Source: a bacterium
Lineage (GTDB): Bacteria > Zhuqueibacterota > Zhuqueibacteria > Residuimicrobiales > Krinioviventaceae
Reading direction: 5' to 3'
NCBI GenBank assembly: GCA_963693055.1
Contig: OY843751.1
Location: 5,536,001 to 5,600,000 of the forward strand
Length of the DNA stretch: 64,000 bases
This document shows positions 48,333 to 59,493 of the stretch, in pieces. The position numbers and the translations under genes were made by a program. The notes beneath the pieces are model-generated. The model was given only the letters and a program-made list of their open reading frames with translations, was not told the origin of the DNA and ran no database searches. Each line of letters opens with the position of its first letter. The stretch's first letter is position 1.

Positions 48333-50348
48333 TTAACACATCTTTTTAGCAGTTTCTACAACATTTTCTACAGAAAAACCAAAATGCGGCAATACTTCTT
48401 TGTATGGACCACTATCGCCAAAACGATCGATTGAAATGACCTGGCCTTCATCGCCAATCCATTCCTGCCATCCAAATGAAACACCGGCTTCAACAGCAAG
48501 ACGGTTTTTAACATCCGGCAACAGTACAGAATCACGATATTCTTTTGATTGCGCGCGGAATTGTTCCATACAAGGTATACTCACTACGCGGGCATCAATA
48601 TTCGCTTTAGCCAGTTCTTCCTGTGCAGCCATTGCCAAAGACAGCTCTGATCCGGTTCCTATCAAAATGATATCCGGTTTTTCACCTTTTTCTTTAGCAA
48701 CAACATAACCGCCTTTGAGAACGCCTTCTGCAGAAGCATATTTGCTCTGATCAATTACAGGTACTCCCTGACGGGTCATCAACAACAAGGTGGGCCCATC
48801 AGTGCGCTGCATTGCAGCACGCCATGCCCAAGCTACTTCGTTTGCATCACCGGGGCGATACACATGAACATTGGGCATACAACGGAAAGATGACATTTGT
48901 TCTACCGGCTGATGGGTAGGACCATCTTCACCAACACCAATGGAATCGTGAGTGAATACACAGATTACCGGTTGTTTCATAATTGCTGCCAGGCGAATGG
49001 CCGGACGCGCATAGTCAGAGAAAACAAAGAATGTACTGATAAATGGACGTAAACCGCCATGAAGCGCCATACCATTCGCGGCACCTGCCATAACAAATTC
49101 ACGTACACCAAAAGCCACGTTACGGTTTTCATACGCGCCTTTGGCAGTATAACTTGAATTCTTTAAAAATGTATTGGTTGATGGATTCAAATCTGCACTA
49201 CCACCTGCCAGAAACGGCACCTTGTCTGCAATAGCATTTAATACTTTGCCGGAGGTAGAACGGGTTGCAGGAGCGCCATCTTCAGGAGTAAAAGTGGGAA
49301 TCAATGCATCCCAATCGGAAGCAAGTTCGCCTTTGAGCGCAGCTTTAAACTGTGCAGCCAATTCAGGATTTGCTTTTTCATACGCTGCAAAAGTTTCGTT
49401 CCAGCTTTTCTCGGTTTCTTTACCTTTATCAGCAAATTGTGCCATATGTGAATACACATCATCCGGTACCAGAAAATGTTCATCTTCAGGCCAGCCATAT
49501 GCTTTTTTGGTTAATTTAATTTCTTCTTCACCCAGGGGTGCACCATGTGCCGTAGAGGTATCTACGTAATTGGGAGAACCATAGCCAATATGAGTACGAA
49601 CAATAATCAATGACGGTTTGTCAGTAACGGACTGGGCTTCTCTTACAGCTTTTTCAAGGGTATCAACATCATTGGCATTATCACCAACATTAATTACATG
49701 CCAGTTGTATCCTTCAAAACGTTTTGCGGTATTGTCAGAAAATGCAAGATCGGTTTTACCTTCAATGGTAATATGGTTGTCATCATAAATCCAGGTCAAT
49801 TTTCCAAGTCCCAAATGACCGGCAAGAGAAGCAGCTTCGTGAGAAATACCTTCCATCATGTCGCCATCGCCACAGACAGCATAGGTATTATGATCAACAA
49901 TTTTGTGCTCTGCGGTATTATAAACAGATGCCAAATGTGCTTCGGCAATTGCAAAACCTACAGAGTTTGACAGGCCTTGTCCTAACGGACCGGTTGTGGT
50001 CTCAACACCCGGTGTCATACCAAATTCAGGGTGTCCCGGAGTTTTACTTCCCAATCTGCGAAATTTTGTCAATTCTTCCAATGGCAGGTCATAACCGGCA
50101 ATATGCAGAATAGAATAGATCAACATAGAAGCGTGACCGGCTGAAAGTACAAAACGGTCGCGATTAAACCAATCCGGACTTGACGGATTATATCTCATAA
50201 AACGGCTGAACAAGGTATAAACAACCGGTGCAAGCGCCATAGGTGTGCCCGGGTGCCCGGAATTGGCAGCCTGTACACCATCCATAGATAAAGTACGAAT
50301 CGTATTTATACACAACTCTTCTATAGTCATGCCTTCAATATTTTTCAT
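48333..50348 (-). CDS. tkt: Transketolase
   Basis: SGHPG, RDRFVLSAGH, TTGPLGQG, GDGDMMEG, THDSIGVGEDGPTHQP. Confidence 0.97.
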   Translation of the reverse strand: MKNIEGMTIEELCINTIRTLSMDGVQAANSGHPGTPMALAPVVYTLFSRFMRYNPSSPDWFNRDRFVLSAGHASMLIYSILHIAGYDLPLEELTKFRRLGSKTPGHPEFGMTPGVETTTGPLGQGLSNSVGFAIAEAHLASVYNTAEHKIVDHNTYAVCGDGDMMEGISHEAASLAGHLGLGKLTWIYDDNHITIEGKTDLAFSDNTAKRFEGYNWHVINVGDNANDVDTLEKAVREAQSVTDKPSLIIVRTHIGYGSPNYVDTSTAHGAPLGEEEIKLTKKAYGWPEDEHFLVPDDVYSHMAQFADKGKETEKSWNETFAAYEKANPELAAQFKAALKGELASDWDALIPTFTPEDGAPATRSTSGKVLNAIADKVPFLAGGSADLNPSTNTFLKNSSYTAKGAYENRNVAFGVREFVMAGAANGMALHGGLRPFISTFFVFSDYARPAIRLAAIMKQPVICVFTHDSIGVGEDGPTHQPVEQMSSFRCMPNVHVYRPGDANEVAWAWRAAMQRTDGPTLLLMTRQGVPVIDQSKYASAEGVLKGGYVVAKEKGEKPDIILIGTGSELSLAMAAQEELAKANIDARVVSIPCMEQFRAQSKEYRDSVLLPDVKNRLAVEAGVSFGWQEWIGDEGQVISIDRFGDSGPYKEVLPHFGFSVENVVETAKKMC

Positions 50349-50566
50349 TTTACCCTCACTGTTTCGTTATATATAATAATTTTTCCAATTTTGTCAATAT
50401 AAAATATAATAATTTTTTTCAAGATTTAAAAGTGTAAAAAACAGACAGAAACTTTTATGAAATAAAAAATTAATGAGCAACGTTTGTGTTAATTCAAGAT
50501 AATTCTTTTATTTCACTTTAATTTTTTATAAATTTGAGACTTGTAAATAACCGAAATGAGGATACT

Positions 50567-52189
50567 ATGACTCTTAAAAAACTAGAAAACTTTGCCGGAA
50601 GAAAAGGTCCGGTATTGTTAATGATATTGGATGGCGTTGGTATTGGTAAAGAATATGAAGGTAACGCGGTTTATATGGCTAAAACACCAATACTTGATGA
50701 ACTGATGAAAAGCGATTTAATGACCCAACTCAAAGCCCACGGTCCCGCGGTAGGTTTGCCCACAGATGGCGATATGGGCAACAGCGAAGTTGGTCATAAT
50801 GCCATTGGTGCTGGTCGTGTTTTTGCACAGGGCGCAAAACTGGTAGACAATTCCATCAAAACCGGTGATATATTCAAATCCGATGCATGGACATCTATCG
50901 TCAAACGCGGACAAGAAGGCGGCGCTGTACATTTTGTTGGCCTGCTCTCAGACGGTAATGTGCATTCACATATTGACCACATGTTCGCACTGATCAAAAA
51001 CCTGGCAGATAACAATGTAAAAAAAGTACGTGTCCACGCCCTGCTTGACGGACGCGATGTAGGTGAACGCTCTGCGCTGGAATATATTCGTCCCACACAG
51101 GAATTGCTGGACAGCATTTCAAAAGAAAAAGGTTTTGATTACAACTTTGGTTCCGGCGGCGGCCGTATGGTTACCACCATGGACCGTTACAATGCAGATT
51201 GGGACGTAGTAAAACGCGGCTGGGATGCCCATGTTAAAGGCGAGGCCCGCAAATTTAAATCCGCAGCAGAAGCTGTCCAGGCCTTTTACGATGAAGACCC
51301 TGGCATGACAGATCAGTATATGGGTCAGTTTGTTGTTGTAGACGACAATGACGAACCCATTGGTAAAATAGAGGATGGTGACAGTGTTCTGAATTTCAAC
51401 TTTCGCGGCGACCGTGCTATCGAGCTGTCACGCGCGTTTGATGAACCCGATCTGGACACCTTTGATCGCGGTCCCATTCCCGACGTCTTTTACGCGGGCA
51501 TGATGGAGTACGATGGTGATCTGCACATCCCCAAAAACTATATCGTAGAGCCACCACAGATCGACAGGACCGTTTCTGAATACCTTTGCGATGCGGGTGT
51601 AACCAGCTTTGCCATTTCCGAAACCCAAAAATTTGGTCATGTTACCTATTTCTGGAACGGTAACCGCTCTGGTTATATTAACAAAAATCTTGAAACCTAT
51701 GTTGAAATTCCATCAGACAAGATCGCTTTTGACAAAGCACCCAAGATGAAAGCTATCGAGATTACTGAAAAATCCATCGAATTGTTAAAATCCGGCAAGT
51801 ACCAGTTTGGCCGTATCAACTTTGCTAACGGAGATATGGTAGGACACAGTGGTATTGTTGAAGCCGCTATCACTGCAATGGAAACTGTTGACGAATGCGT
51901 TGGCAAACTTTTGGCAGTTGTTAAAGAATTGGGTGGTATTGCAATTATCACAGCAGATCATGGCAATTCAGATGAAATGTTTACTGAAAAGAATGGCAAG
52001 CGCACACCCAAAACCGCGCATACATTGAATCCGGTTCCCTTTATCATTTGTGATTATGGATATAACAATGAATATACCATGGCCAATGTAGAGGGCGCAG
52101 GATTGGCAAACATTGCGTCAACACTTCTCAACCTTTTGGGTTTTGAAAAGGTAGAGGATTATGAGGAATCTTTAATCGAATTCAAATAA
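50567..52189 (+). CDS. gpmI: 2,3-bisphosphoglycerate-independent phosphoglycerate mutase
   Basis: ILDGVG, MGNSEVGH, SDGNVHSH, LDGRD, DMVGH, TADHGN; ATG at 50567 after GAGG. Confidence 0.96.
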   Translation: MTLKKLENFAGRKGPVLLMILDGVGIGKEYEGNAVYMAKTPILDELMKSDLMTQLKAHGPAVGLPTDGDMGNSEVGHNAIGAGRVFAQGAKLVDNSIKTGDIFKSDAWTSIVKRGQEGGAVHFVGLLSDGNVHSHIDHMFALIKNLADNNVKKVRVHALLDGRDVGERSALEYIRPTQELLDSISKEKGFDYNFGSGGGRMVTTMDRYNADWDVVKRGWDAHVKGEARKFKSAAEAVQAFYDEDPGMTDQYMGQFVVVDDNDEPIGKIEDGDSVLNFNFRGDRAIELSRAFDEPDLDTFDRGPIPDVFYAGMMEYDGDLHIPKNYIVEPPQIDRTVSEYLCDAGVTSFAISETQKFGHVTYFWNGNRSGYINKNLETYVEIPSDKIAFDKAPKMKAIEITEKSIELLKSGKYQFGRINFANGDMVGHSGIVEAAITAMETVDECVGKLLAVVKELGGIAIITADHGNSDEMFTEKNGKRTPKTAHTLNPVPFIICDYGYNNEYTMANVEGAGLANIASTLLNLLGFEKVEDYEESLIEFK

Positions 52190-52214
52190 ACTAATGGATT
52201 TAGTTGATACCGTC

Positions 52215-52242
52215 TATTGCCGGTCTATAAAGGCCGGCAATA
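52215..52242 (+). terminator. Hairpin after gpmI
   Basis: TATTGCCGGTCT-ATAA-AGGCCGGCAATA. Confidence 0.55.
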
Positions 52243-52256
52243 TTAACTAATGAAAA

Positions 52257-52676
52257 ATGACATCAATAGTAGAATACATCGACCACACAGGTGACACCGG
52301 CATAGTTGTCACGGCAGACACACTTGAACAGGTTTTCATAACAGCGGCAAAATCCATGTTTCACATGATTTGTCCGCAAAAAGTTGAAAAACCCGAGATC
52401 ACCAAAACTATCTCTTTTCAATCAGACGATCTTGAACAAATGATGGTCAACTGGTTATCTGAATTGAATTATTTTTTTCAGACCGAATCTTTTTTACTGG
52501 GCAGTATAGCTGACATACATTTCAGCAACAATGTTCTTTCCGCAAACGTCAGAGGAGAATCACTCGACAGTTCCCGACACGAAATTCATATGGAAATCAA
52601 AGCGGTTACGTATCACGATATCTATGTCAAACCGGTTAACGGTTCATGGCAGGCACGCATAATTTTTGATATTTGA
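52257..52676 (+). CDS. Archease
   Basis: DHTGD, EIKAVTYH, IIFDI. Confidence 0.93.
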   Translation: MTSIVEYIDHTGDTGIVVTADTLEQVFITAAKSMFHMICPQKVEKPEITKTISFQSDDLEQMMVNWLSELNYFFQTESFLLGSIADIHFSNNVLSANVRGESLDSSRHEIHMEIKAVTYHDIYVKPVNGSWQARIIFDI

Positions 52677-54118
52677 TCATGACTAAAAATTTTCAAAAAA
52701 TCCACGATTTCTTGTACGAAATCCCCAAAACCGGAAAAATGAATGTTCCCGCACGGATTTACGCCAGTGACTCCATGCTTAAGGACATGGTTAATGATAA
52801 TGCTCCCCAACAGGCTGCCAATGTTGCCTGTTTACCCGGTATTATCAACTATTCATATGCCATGCCGGATATGCACTGGGGTTATGGTTTCCCCATTGGT
52901 GGCGTCGCCGCGTTTGATATGGATAATGGAATTGTATCTCCCGGTGGAGTGGGTTACGACATCAACTGCGGTGTACGTTTGCTGAGGTCCAATCTCGACA
53001 AAAATGATGTGAAAGATAAAATCAGAGATATTGTCACCGCACTGTTTCACAGTATTCCCAGTGGTATTGGCTCTAAAGGGCAGATCAATCTGGCCCGTAA
53101 AGAAGAATTGCGGGTACTGAAACAAGGAGCACACTGGGCTGTTGAAAATGGATATGGCGAATCAGCCGATCTGGACAAGATTGAAGAAAACGGCAAAATG
53201 CCGGGTGCCGAAACAGAGTTTGTAAGCGAACACGCATTGAATCGCGGCAAAGCACAACTGGGCACGCTGGGATCAGGCAACCATTTTGTTGAAGTGGGCT
53301 TTGTGGAACAAATTTTTGACGTGCAAAAAGCTGCAATAATGGGCCTGCATAAAGACCAGGTAACCGTGATCATCCATACCGGATCACGCGGTCTGGGCCA
53401 TCAAATTTGTGATGACTTTATCAAAGTTATGCTCAGGGCATCAGAAAAATACGGCATCTACCTTCCCGACCGTCAGTTATGTTGTGCTCCGGTGAAATCA
53501 ATAGAGGGACAGCAATATCTTGCCGCTATGGCTTGCGGTGTGAATTTTGGTTTTGCCAACCGTCAATTGATCACCCACTGGACCCGTGAAGCATTAAAAA
53601 AAGGATTACACAGCAGCAGCAAATCCGTCAATTTACAAGTCGTCTATGAAGTTGCACACAATATTGCCAAAATTGAAACCCACTCTGTAAACGGAAAACA
53701 ACAACCGGTATGCGTACACCGCAAGGGTGCAACACGGGCATTCGGCCCAAACCAGGCGTCCATTCCTGAAGCGTATCGTAAAATTGGTCAACCGGTTTTA
53801 ATTCCCGGTGACATGGGGCGTTATTCTTATGTACTGGCCGGCACAGACCAGGCCATGCAGGAGACCTTTGGCTCGACCTGTCATGGAGCCGGAAGAATGT
53901 TGAGTCGCAAAAAAGCCATGCAAAAAGCGCAGGGGCGCTCTATTCACAGAGAACTTGAGGACAAGGGGATCTGGGTAATGGCATCTTCAAAAGGCACACT
54001 CGCAGAAGAAATGCCTGAAGCTTATAAAAATGTATCTGATGTAGTAGGTGCTGTAGAGGGTGCGGGTTTATCTGCAATTGTTGCGAGATTAAAACCCCTG
54101 GGCGTAATTAAGGGTTAA
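52673..54118 (+). CDS. rtcB: RNA-splicing ligase RtcB
   Basis: MPDMHWGYGFPIGG, GYDINCG, GSGNHF, HTGSRG, HNIAK, HRKGATR, HGAGR, EEMPEAYK. Confidence 0.96.
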   Translation: MIMTKNFQKIHDFLYEIPKTGKMNVPARIYASDSMLKDMVNDNAPQQAANVACLPGIINYSYAMPDMHWGYGFPIGGVAAFDMDNGIVSPGGVGYDINCGVRLLRSNLDKNDVKDKIRDIVTALFHSIPSGIGSKGQINLARKEELRVLKQGAHWAVENGYGESADLDKIEENGKMPGAETEFVSEHALNRGKAQLGTLGSGNHFVEVGFVEQIFDVQKAAIMGLHKDQVTVIIHTGSRGLGHQICDDFIKVMLRASEKYGIYLPDRQLCCAPVKSIEGQQYLAAMACGVNFGFANRQLITHWTREALKKGLHSSSKSVNLQVVYEVAHNIAKIETHSVNGKQQPVCVHRKGATRAFGPNQASIPEAYRKIGQPVLIPGDMGRYSYVLAGTDQAMQETFGSTCHGAGRMLSRKKAMQKAQGRSIHRELEDKGIWVMASSKGTLAEEMPEAYKNVSDVVGAVEGAGLSAIVARLKPLGVIKG

Positions 54119-54121
54119 TAT

Positions 54122-57100
54122 TTATATCATTTGGGTTACCGCATAAATTGCGTCTATCAAATTCTTTTCCGCATATGGCTTGACAACAACATTTGAAACA
54201 CCCGATTTGTAAATACGTTCGCGGTCTTCCTGAAGTGCATGAGCAGTAACAGCAATAACTGGAATTTCTTTACAATCCGGTTTTTCTTTGATTTGTTTTG
54301 TGGCTTCAATCCCGTTCAACACAGGCAAACCAATATCCATCAAAACACAATCCGGTTTGTGGCGCTCAACCATATCAACAGCTTCCAAACCATTCCCGGC
54401 TTCCAATACAGTAAACTCGCTGTTTTCCAGAATTGACCTGACATAAATGCGATTAATTGCTTCGTCTTCAACTACCAGGATGGTAAGTTTTTTTATTTTA
54501 CTATCTTTATGCTTTCTAATTCTTGATTTGAGCTTGCTCTTTTCAAGCACCGGTGTTTCTCGAATTGGAAGCGAAACAATAAACTCAGAACCTTCATCAA
54601 CCGATGAATGAACAGCAATTTCACCCCCAATAAGGTCTAACAAATTTTTTACGATAGCAAGCCCGGCACCTATACCAGCGTGCTCTTTGGTGTACGGATC
54701 TTCGAGCTGATGAAAAGGCTCAAAAATCTCATCAATCCTGTTTGCTGGAATTCCAATCCCCTCATCTTTAACGCTAATTACCAGATTTTTTTCAAGCATG
54801 ATCTTGATGTATATAGTTCCCTTTTGAGAATATTTAATAGCATTGGTCAACAAATTAACCAAAATCTGGGTAATTCGATGCTTGTCTCCATAATAATCAA
54901 CAGTTCCCTTTGAATATTCAAAAACAAACGATAATCCTTTTTCTTCTGCTCTGATCTTTAAAGTACTTAAAAGATCAGACACCAGTTCAACTATATCAAA
55001 TTTTTCAGGTCGCAAGGTAATTTTCCCAATATCTATACGAGACAATTCGAGCATATCTTCAATTAAATACAGCAAATGATTTGCTGATTCTCTCGCCATG
55101 TTAATAAATGCAAGCTGCCGCGGATCTATAGAATCATCATCTATCAGAGACATCATTCCCAATATACCATTCATTGGCGTTCTTAATTCGTGGCTCATAT
55201 TGGCAAGAAAATCACTCTTGGCCCGATTTGCTTTTTCCGCAAGCACTTTGGCAGACTGGATCTCTATAAAAGCTTTTTGACGCGCAACAATACTCCAAAC
55301 ACTGTCCATCAATAAGGTTAGCTGATCAATGTCCTGCTGGTCATAATCCTGTTCTTTATTGGCAACTCCAACGACTGCTACAATTACATCATCAGAAAAA
55401 ACCGGAATTGTCAAAAACTTTTCCAGCTCAACATGGCCCTCAGGTATACCCCTGACATAAGGATTTTCTTTCGAGTATTCGTTCACAATAAAGGCTTTAC
55501 GCTGTCTTACCGCTTCTCCCCAACATCCGGTAGCGTTTAAATCATAAACCGTTTGCACGTCCATAACCTGGCATTGTTTCATAGCTTCATCCGACCAGGA
55601 ATGAAGTTCAAACTGTTCTTTCTCTTCACTATAAAAATAAATATAACCTATTTTGCTTTCCGTAAGCGTAATTGCCTCTTTTAAAGCATAATCTAACAAT
55701 TCCTGATAAGAATCCGTCCGCTTTTGAGATATTCTGAAAAGACTTTCAAGTCTTTCCCCTTGTTTCTTAACCAACTCACCCTGTTTTTTCCGGTCGGTAA
55801 TATCTCTATTGCTTCCACGATGCCCAAGTGAATTGCCGTCTTCATCAAATACAAGCTGACAAGAATGTTCTATCCAAACAATTTCTCCACTTTTCTTTTT
55901 TATTCTAAACTGAATCAAAGAATGGCTGGATTTATCTGACTTTAAAGCAGCCAGATGTTCATGCCATAAATATCTGTCTTCCGGGAGAATGATCTGGAAC
56001 AACAAATCAGGATTATCAACATACTCTTTAGCACTAAAACCGGATATTCGTTCGCAAGATGGAGAAACATACTGATTTCTTCCTTTATTATCTGTCCAGA
56101 ATTCCCAATCAAATGTATATTCAGCTACTGTTCGAAACTTTTTCTCTGCATCGGCAAGTGCTTGTTCTGACTTTCTCTGGTCACTGGTATCTTCATACAA
56201 GGCAACAACAAGATCCGAAGGAAGTTTAAAGACATAATTCTCAACCCATTCATGTATACGGGCATCTTTGTATCGCTTTAATGGTAAAGATTCAGCCTTT
56301 CCGGTTTTCCATACTCGCTGCAAAACATTAAACAAACCCAGATCTTTAACTCCCGGAAACACCTCGGTTATTTTTTTATTTTGAATATGATCACGCTTGA
56401 CCTGACTCAATTTCTGACCAGCGTGATTAACATCAACAATAATAAAATCTTTACCATTATCAATGGCTTTATAAATTGCAACACCAGCGGAAATATTATT
56501 GAACAATTGTCTGAACCGTTCTTCTCGTTCTTTTAATTCATTTTCATTATGTAAACGTTCAGAAATGTCTAAAAAGGTTGTTGCAAAATATCCTTTTTCC
56601 GTAGAATATGCCTGGACTTCATAGTAACGGTCCAATTCCTTGGCGTAATTTGTAAAAAACAAGGATTCTCCGGAAAGGGCAACTTGAGCATATTTTTCAA
56701 TCCAGGAAGATTCCGTATCTGGTAATACTTCCAATACTCGTTTTCCGATAATATCCCGGGCCTTTAAACCTGTCATTTCTTCAAATTTGGGGTTCACTTC
56801 CAAAAAAATGTAATCAACAGGTTTTCCTTTTTTATCCGTAATAATTTTGTGCAAAGCAAAAGCAGAATTCATATGCTCAAACAATTTGCGATACTGTTTT
56901 TCACTGTTTTGAAGCGCAAGATCTGTTTCTTTTTGATTGGTAATTTCTTTGACGGTACCAAAAATTCGAACCAACGTTAATTTTTCATCATCCCACTCGG
57001 GTACACCAATAAATTGAAACCATTTTACTTCCCCCGCTTGAGTAATGATCCGGCACTCTAAAGAAACCTTTTTACCCTGCATTATTGTTTCAAATGTAGC

Positions 57101-58009
57101 ATGTACCTGAGGAATATCATCGGGATGGAATTTCTTTTTGTAATCTTTTTTGCCATAAAGTTGAGAAAATGGATAACCGGCAAGCTTTTCAAATGATCCA
57201 TATTCCCATTCTACTTCAAAGTCACCTTTACCTTTTAAAAGAATTGAATAGGCATAATCAGTAGTTAAAGAAGAAATGTTGAGCAGGTGTTTTTTGGAGA
57301 TACTCAATGCATCAATTGTCTGGCTTGCATTAGACACATCTTTGAAAATACAACATATTTTTTTAAAAACACCTTCCGGAGTAGTGCATAGTTTGCCATC
57401 AAATGAAACAGTTAATAAAGTACCATCTTTTTTAACCAATCGGAATTCCTGGTTCTCTATATACCCCTGCTCTTTAATCTTTTTAAATAAAGTTTCAAAA
57501 ATTGGAGCCTCTTGGGGAACCCAAAAATTACCAAACCACTTGCCAATGACATTATCTTTACTATAACCCAGACTTGTGCACCAGGTTGAATTTACGTTCA
57601 AGATATATCCTTTATTATCTAAGGATTGATATGCCAGAGGAGATTTTTCATAAAAACTATCACAATCTACATTCAAGAAATGCGGATTCATATCATTTTG
57701 TCTTTCTATGTTACCCAAAATGACTAAAAACCCCGTCAGTTTTTTTGAGTCTAAAAGAGGTAAAACTTGAACATTTGATAAAAACAATGTTGTATGTGGT
57801 AGTAAAGGATTTATTATCTTACATTTTTTCCCTGTTTCAAAATCACTATAATTCTTTACTAATTCATTACCTAATTCTGGAATAAAATCAGATATTTTTT
57901 TTCCAACAAAATCAGTTTCTGATATTTGGATTTTTTTTAAAGCTTCCCTACCTGCTTTAAAAACAACACCTTGAAAATCGACATAAATTGTTGCTGAATT
58001 TAAATTCAA
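54122..58009 (-). CDS. Hybrid multi-PAS/GAF histidine kinase-receiver
   Basis: Several PAS/PAC, GAF, FLANMSHELRTP, NAIKYS, DEGIG, C-terminal REC. Confidence 0.92.
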   Translation of the reverse strand: MNLNSATIYVDFQGVVFKAGREALKKIQISETDFVGKKISDFIPELGNELVKNYSDFETGKKCKIINPLLPHTTLFLSNVQVLPLLDSKKLTGFLVILGNIERQNDMNPHFLNVDCDSFYEKSPLAYQSLDNKGYILNVNSTWCTSLGYSKDNVIGKWFGNFWVPQEAPIFETLFKKIKEQGYIENQEFRLVKKDGTLLTVSFDGKLCTTPEGVFKKICCIFKDVSNASQTIDALSISKKHLLNISSLTTDYAYSILLKGKGDFEVEWEYGSFEKLAGYPFSQLYGKKDYKKKFHPDDIPQVHATFETIMQGKKVSLECRIITQAGEVKWFQFIGVPEWDDEKLTLVRIFGTVKEITNQKETDLALQNSEKQYRKLFEHMNSAFALHKIITDKKGKPVDYIFLEVNPKFEEMTGLKARDIIGKRVLEVLPDTESSWIEKYAQVALSGESLFFTNYAKELDRYYEVQAYSTEKGYFATTFLDISERLHNENELKEREERFRQLFNNISAGVAIYKAIDNGKDFIIVDVNHAGQKLSQVKRDHIQNKKITEVFPGVKDLGLFNVLQRVWKTGKAESLPLKRYKDARIHEWVENYVFKLPSDLVVALYEDTSDQRKSEQALADAEKKFRTVAEYTFDWEFWTDNKGRNQYVSPSCERISGFSAKEYVDNPDLLFQIILPEDRYLWHEHLAALKSDKSSHSLIQFRIKKKSGEIVWIEHSCQLVFDEDGNSLGHRGSNRDITDRKKQGELVKKQGERLESLFRISQKRTDSYQELLDYALKEAITLTESKIGYIYFYSEEKEQFELHSWSDEAMKQCQVMDVQTVYDLNATGCWGEAVRQRKAFIVNEYSKENPYVRGIPEGHVELEKFLTIPVFSDDVIVAVVGVANKEQDYDQQDIDQLTLLMDSVWSIVARQKAFIEIQSAKVLAEKANRAKSDFLANMSHELRTPMNGILGMMSLIDDDSIDPRQLAFINMARESANHLLYLIEDMLELSRIDIGKITLRPEKFDIVELVSDLLSTLKIRAEEKGLSFVFEYSKGTVDYYGDKHRITQILVNLLTNAIKYSQKGTIYIKIMLEKNLVISVKDEGIGIPANRIDEIFEPFHQLEDPYTKEHAGIGAGLAIVKNLLDLIGGEIAVHSSVDEGSEFIVSLPIRETPVLEKSKLKSRIRKHKDSKIKKLTILVVEDEAINRIYVRSILENSEFTVLEAGNGLEAVDMVERHKPDCVLMDIGLPVLNGIEATKQIKEKPDCKEIPVIAVTAHALQEDRERIYKSGVSNVVVKPYAEKNLIDAIYAVTQMI

Positions 58010-58086
58010 ATACTCTTCCCACCCGGTTTATTATTAATAACCAGTCAAAAATAAAAAACATATTTTTATTTTAATTGGTATTGTAT

Positions 58087-58115
58087 ATTATGCAAAATAT
58101 ATACCATGATGTCAA
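58087..58115 (-). promoter_or_regulatory. Sigma-70-like promoter for the hybrid kinase
   Basis: TTGACA-N17-CATAAT. Confidence 0.6.
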
Positions 58116-58455
58116 GAAAAATCATTATATTTACTCGAGTTTTCGGTAAATTAAGCTAAGAATAAGAAGAAATTTACATATTCTATTATTTTAAATCACT
58201 TTGTTGCACTTATTACTTGAATTCACGACGTTTATATTATTATACTCTTGATAAATAAAGAAATCCAAATTGAAAGGATTTTCCAGTTTCAACTCGCGTT
58301 TTTTCTTGCATTATTAGATTTAAACCATTACTTTTTAAAACCTCATATAACATCAATATTTTAATCCCCTTTTTCTACAACTTTTTTTTTCAAAATCTTT
58401 TAGTTTTATCATTTCATTCATTATTATTTTACAAAATCATGAAAGGAATTATATC

Positions 58456-59493
58456 ATGACTCATGTTCAAACATCAAAAGAATTGGAATCTCTACATTCA
58501 ATGGTTGAGCTGTTCAACCTGGCAACAGGATTTATGAAATCCCAATGTCTCTATACTGCGGCAAAGTTAAATATCGCCGATCTGCTACAACAGGGTCCTC
58601 TTTCCATCCAAGACCTGTCAAAAAAAACAGGAACACAACCGCTAGCACTTGAGCGATTGCTTAACACTCTGATTGTTATGGGAATTTTTCAAAGAACAGA
58701 ACAACAAAAAATCAGTAACACATCATTGTCAACACTATTACAAAGCGATCATCCGTACTCACAACGTTCATACATTTTACTTTTAGGTGATGCATCCTGG
58801 TGGAATTCATGGGGCAGACTCGATTACTCTGTAACAACCGGTCAAGCCGCCTTTGACCAATATTTCAAAATGAGCTATACCGAGTATCTTGAACAAAACC
58901 CACAATTATCTGATACCTTTAATGATTGTATGACCCGAATAGCTAAAGGCCACATCCCTGCAATCCTCAACAGTTATGATTTCAGCAGGTTTAACAGTAT
59001 TATTGATATAGGTGGTGGACAGGGAAGTTTGGTAAAAGCAATTATTGAAAAAAATCCTCATCTAACAGGAACCGTCTTTGATTTGGAACATGTGATTAAG
59101 GATGCAATATTACATATACCTTCAGGGCAACAGGGTCAACTAGAATATATCAGCGGCAATTTTTTTGAATCGGTTCCCAAAGGTAAGGATGCCTATCTTT
59201 TAAAACAAATCATCCATGACTGGGGAGATGATGAGTGCGTACGTATTCTGACTCACTGTCGAAAAGCAATGGCTCCAAATGGGCGGATTCTGGTTATTGA
59301 CGCAGTTCTGGATGCGGACAATGCATCTGTTATTAACTATTTATTTGATTTACATATGCTTGTTACCGCTCCTGGTGGGAAAGAAAGGACTATCACACAA
59401 TTCAATTATCTCTTTCAAGAATCAGGATTAGAATTAATGAATATTATAACTACACCGTCTTCTTTTTGCATATTAGAAGGAAAAGCAATATAA
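58456..59493 (+). CDS. O-methyltransferase (Methyltransf_2 with dimerisation domain)
   Basis: AAKLNIADLL, IDIGGGQG, GNFFESVP, IIHDWGD, GGKERT. Confidence 0.92.
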   Translation: MTHVQTSKELESLHSMVELFNLATGFMKSQCLYTAAKLNIADLLQQGPLSIQDLSKKTGTQPLALERLLNTLIVMGIFQRTEQQKISNTSLSTLLQSDHPYSQRSYILLLGDASWWNSWGRLDYSVTTGQAAFDQYFKMSYTEYLEQNPQLSDTFNDCMTRIAKGHIPAILNSYDFSRFNSIIDIGGGQGSLVKAIIEKNPHLTGTVFDLEHVIKDAILHIPSGQQGQLEYISGNFFESVPKGKDAYLLKQIIHDWGDDECVRILTHCRKAMAPNGRILVIDAVLDADNASVINYLFDLHMLVTAPGGKERTITQFNYLFQESGLELMNIITTPSSFCILEGKAI

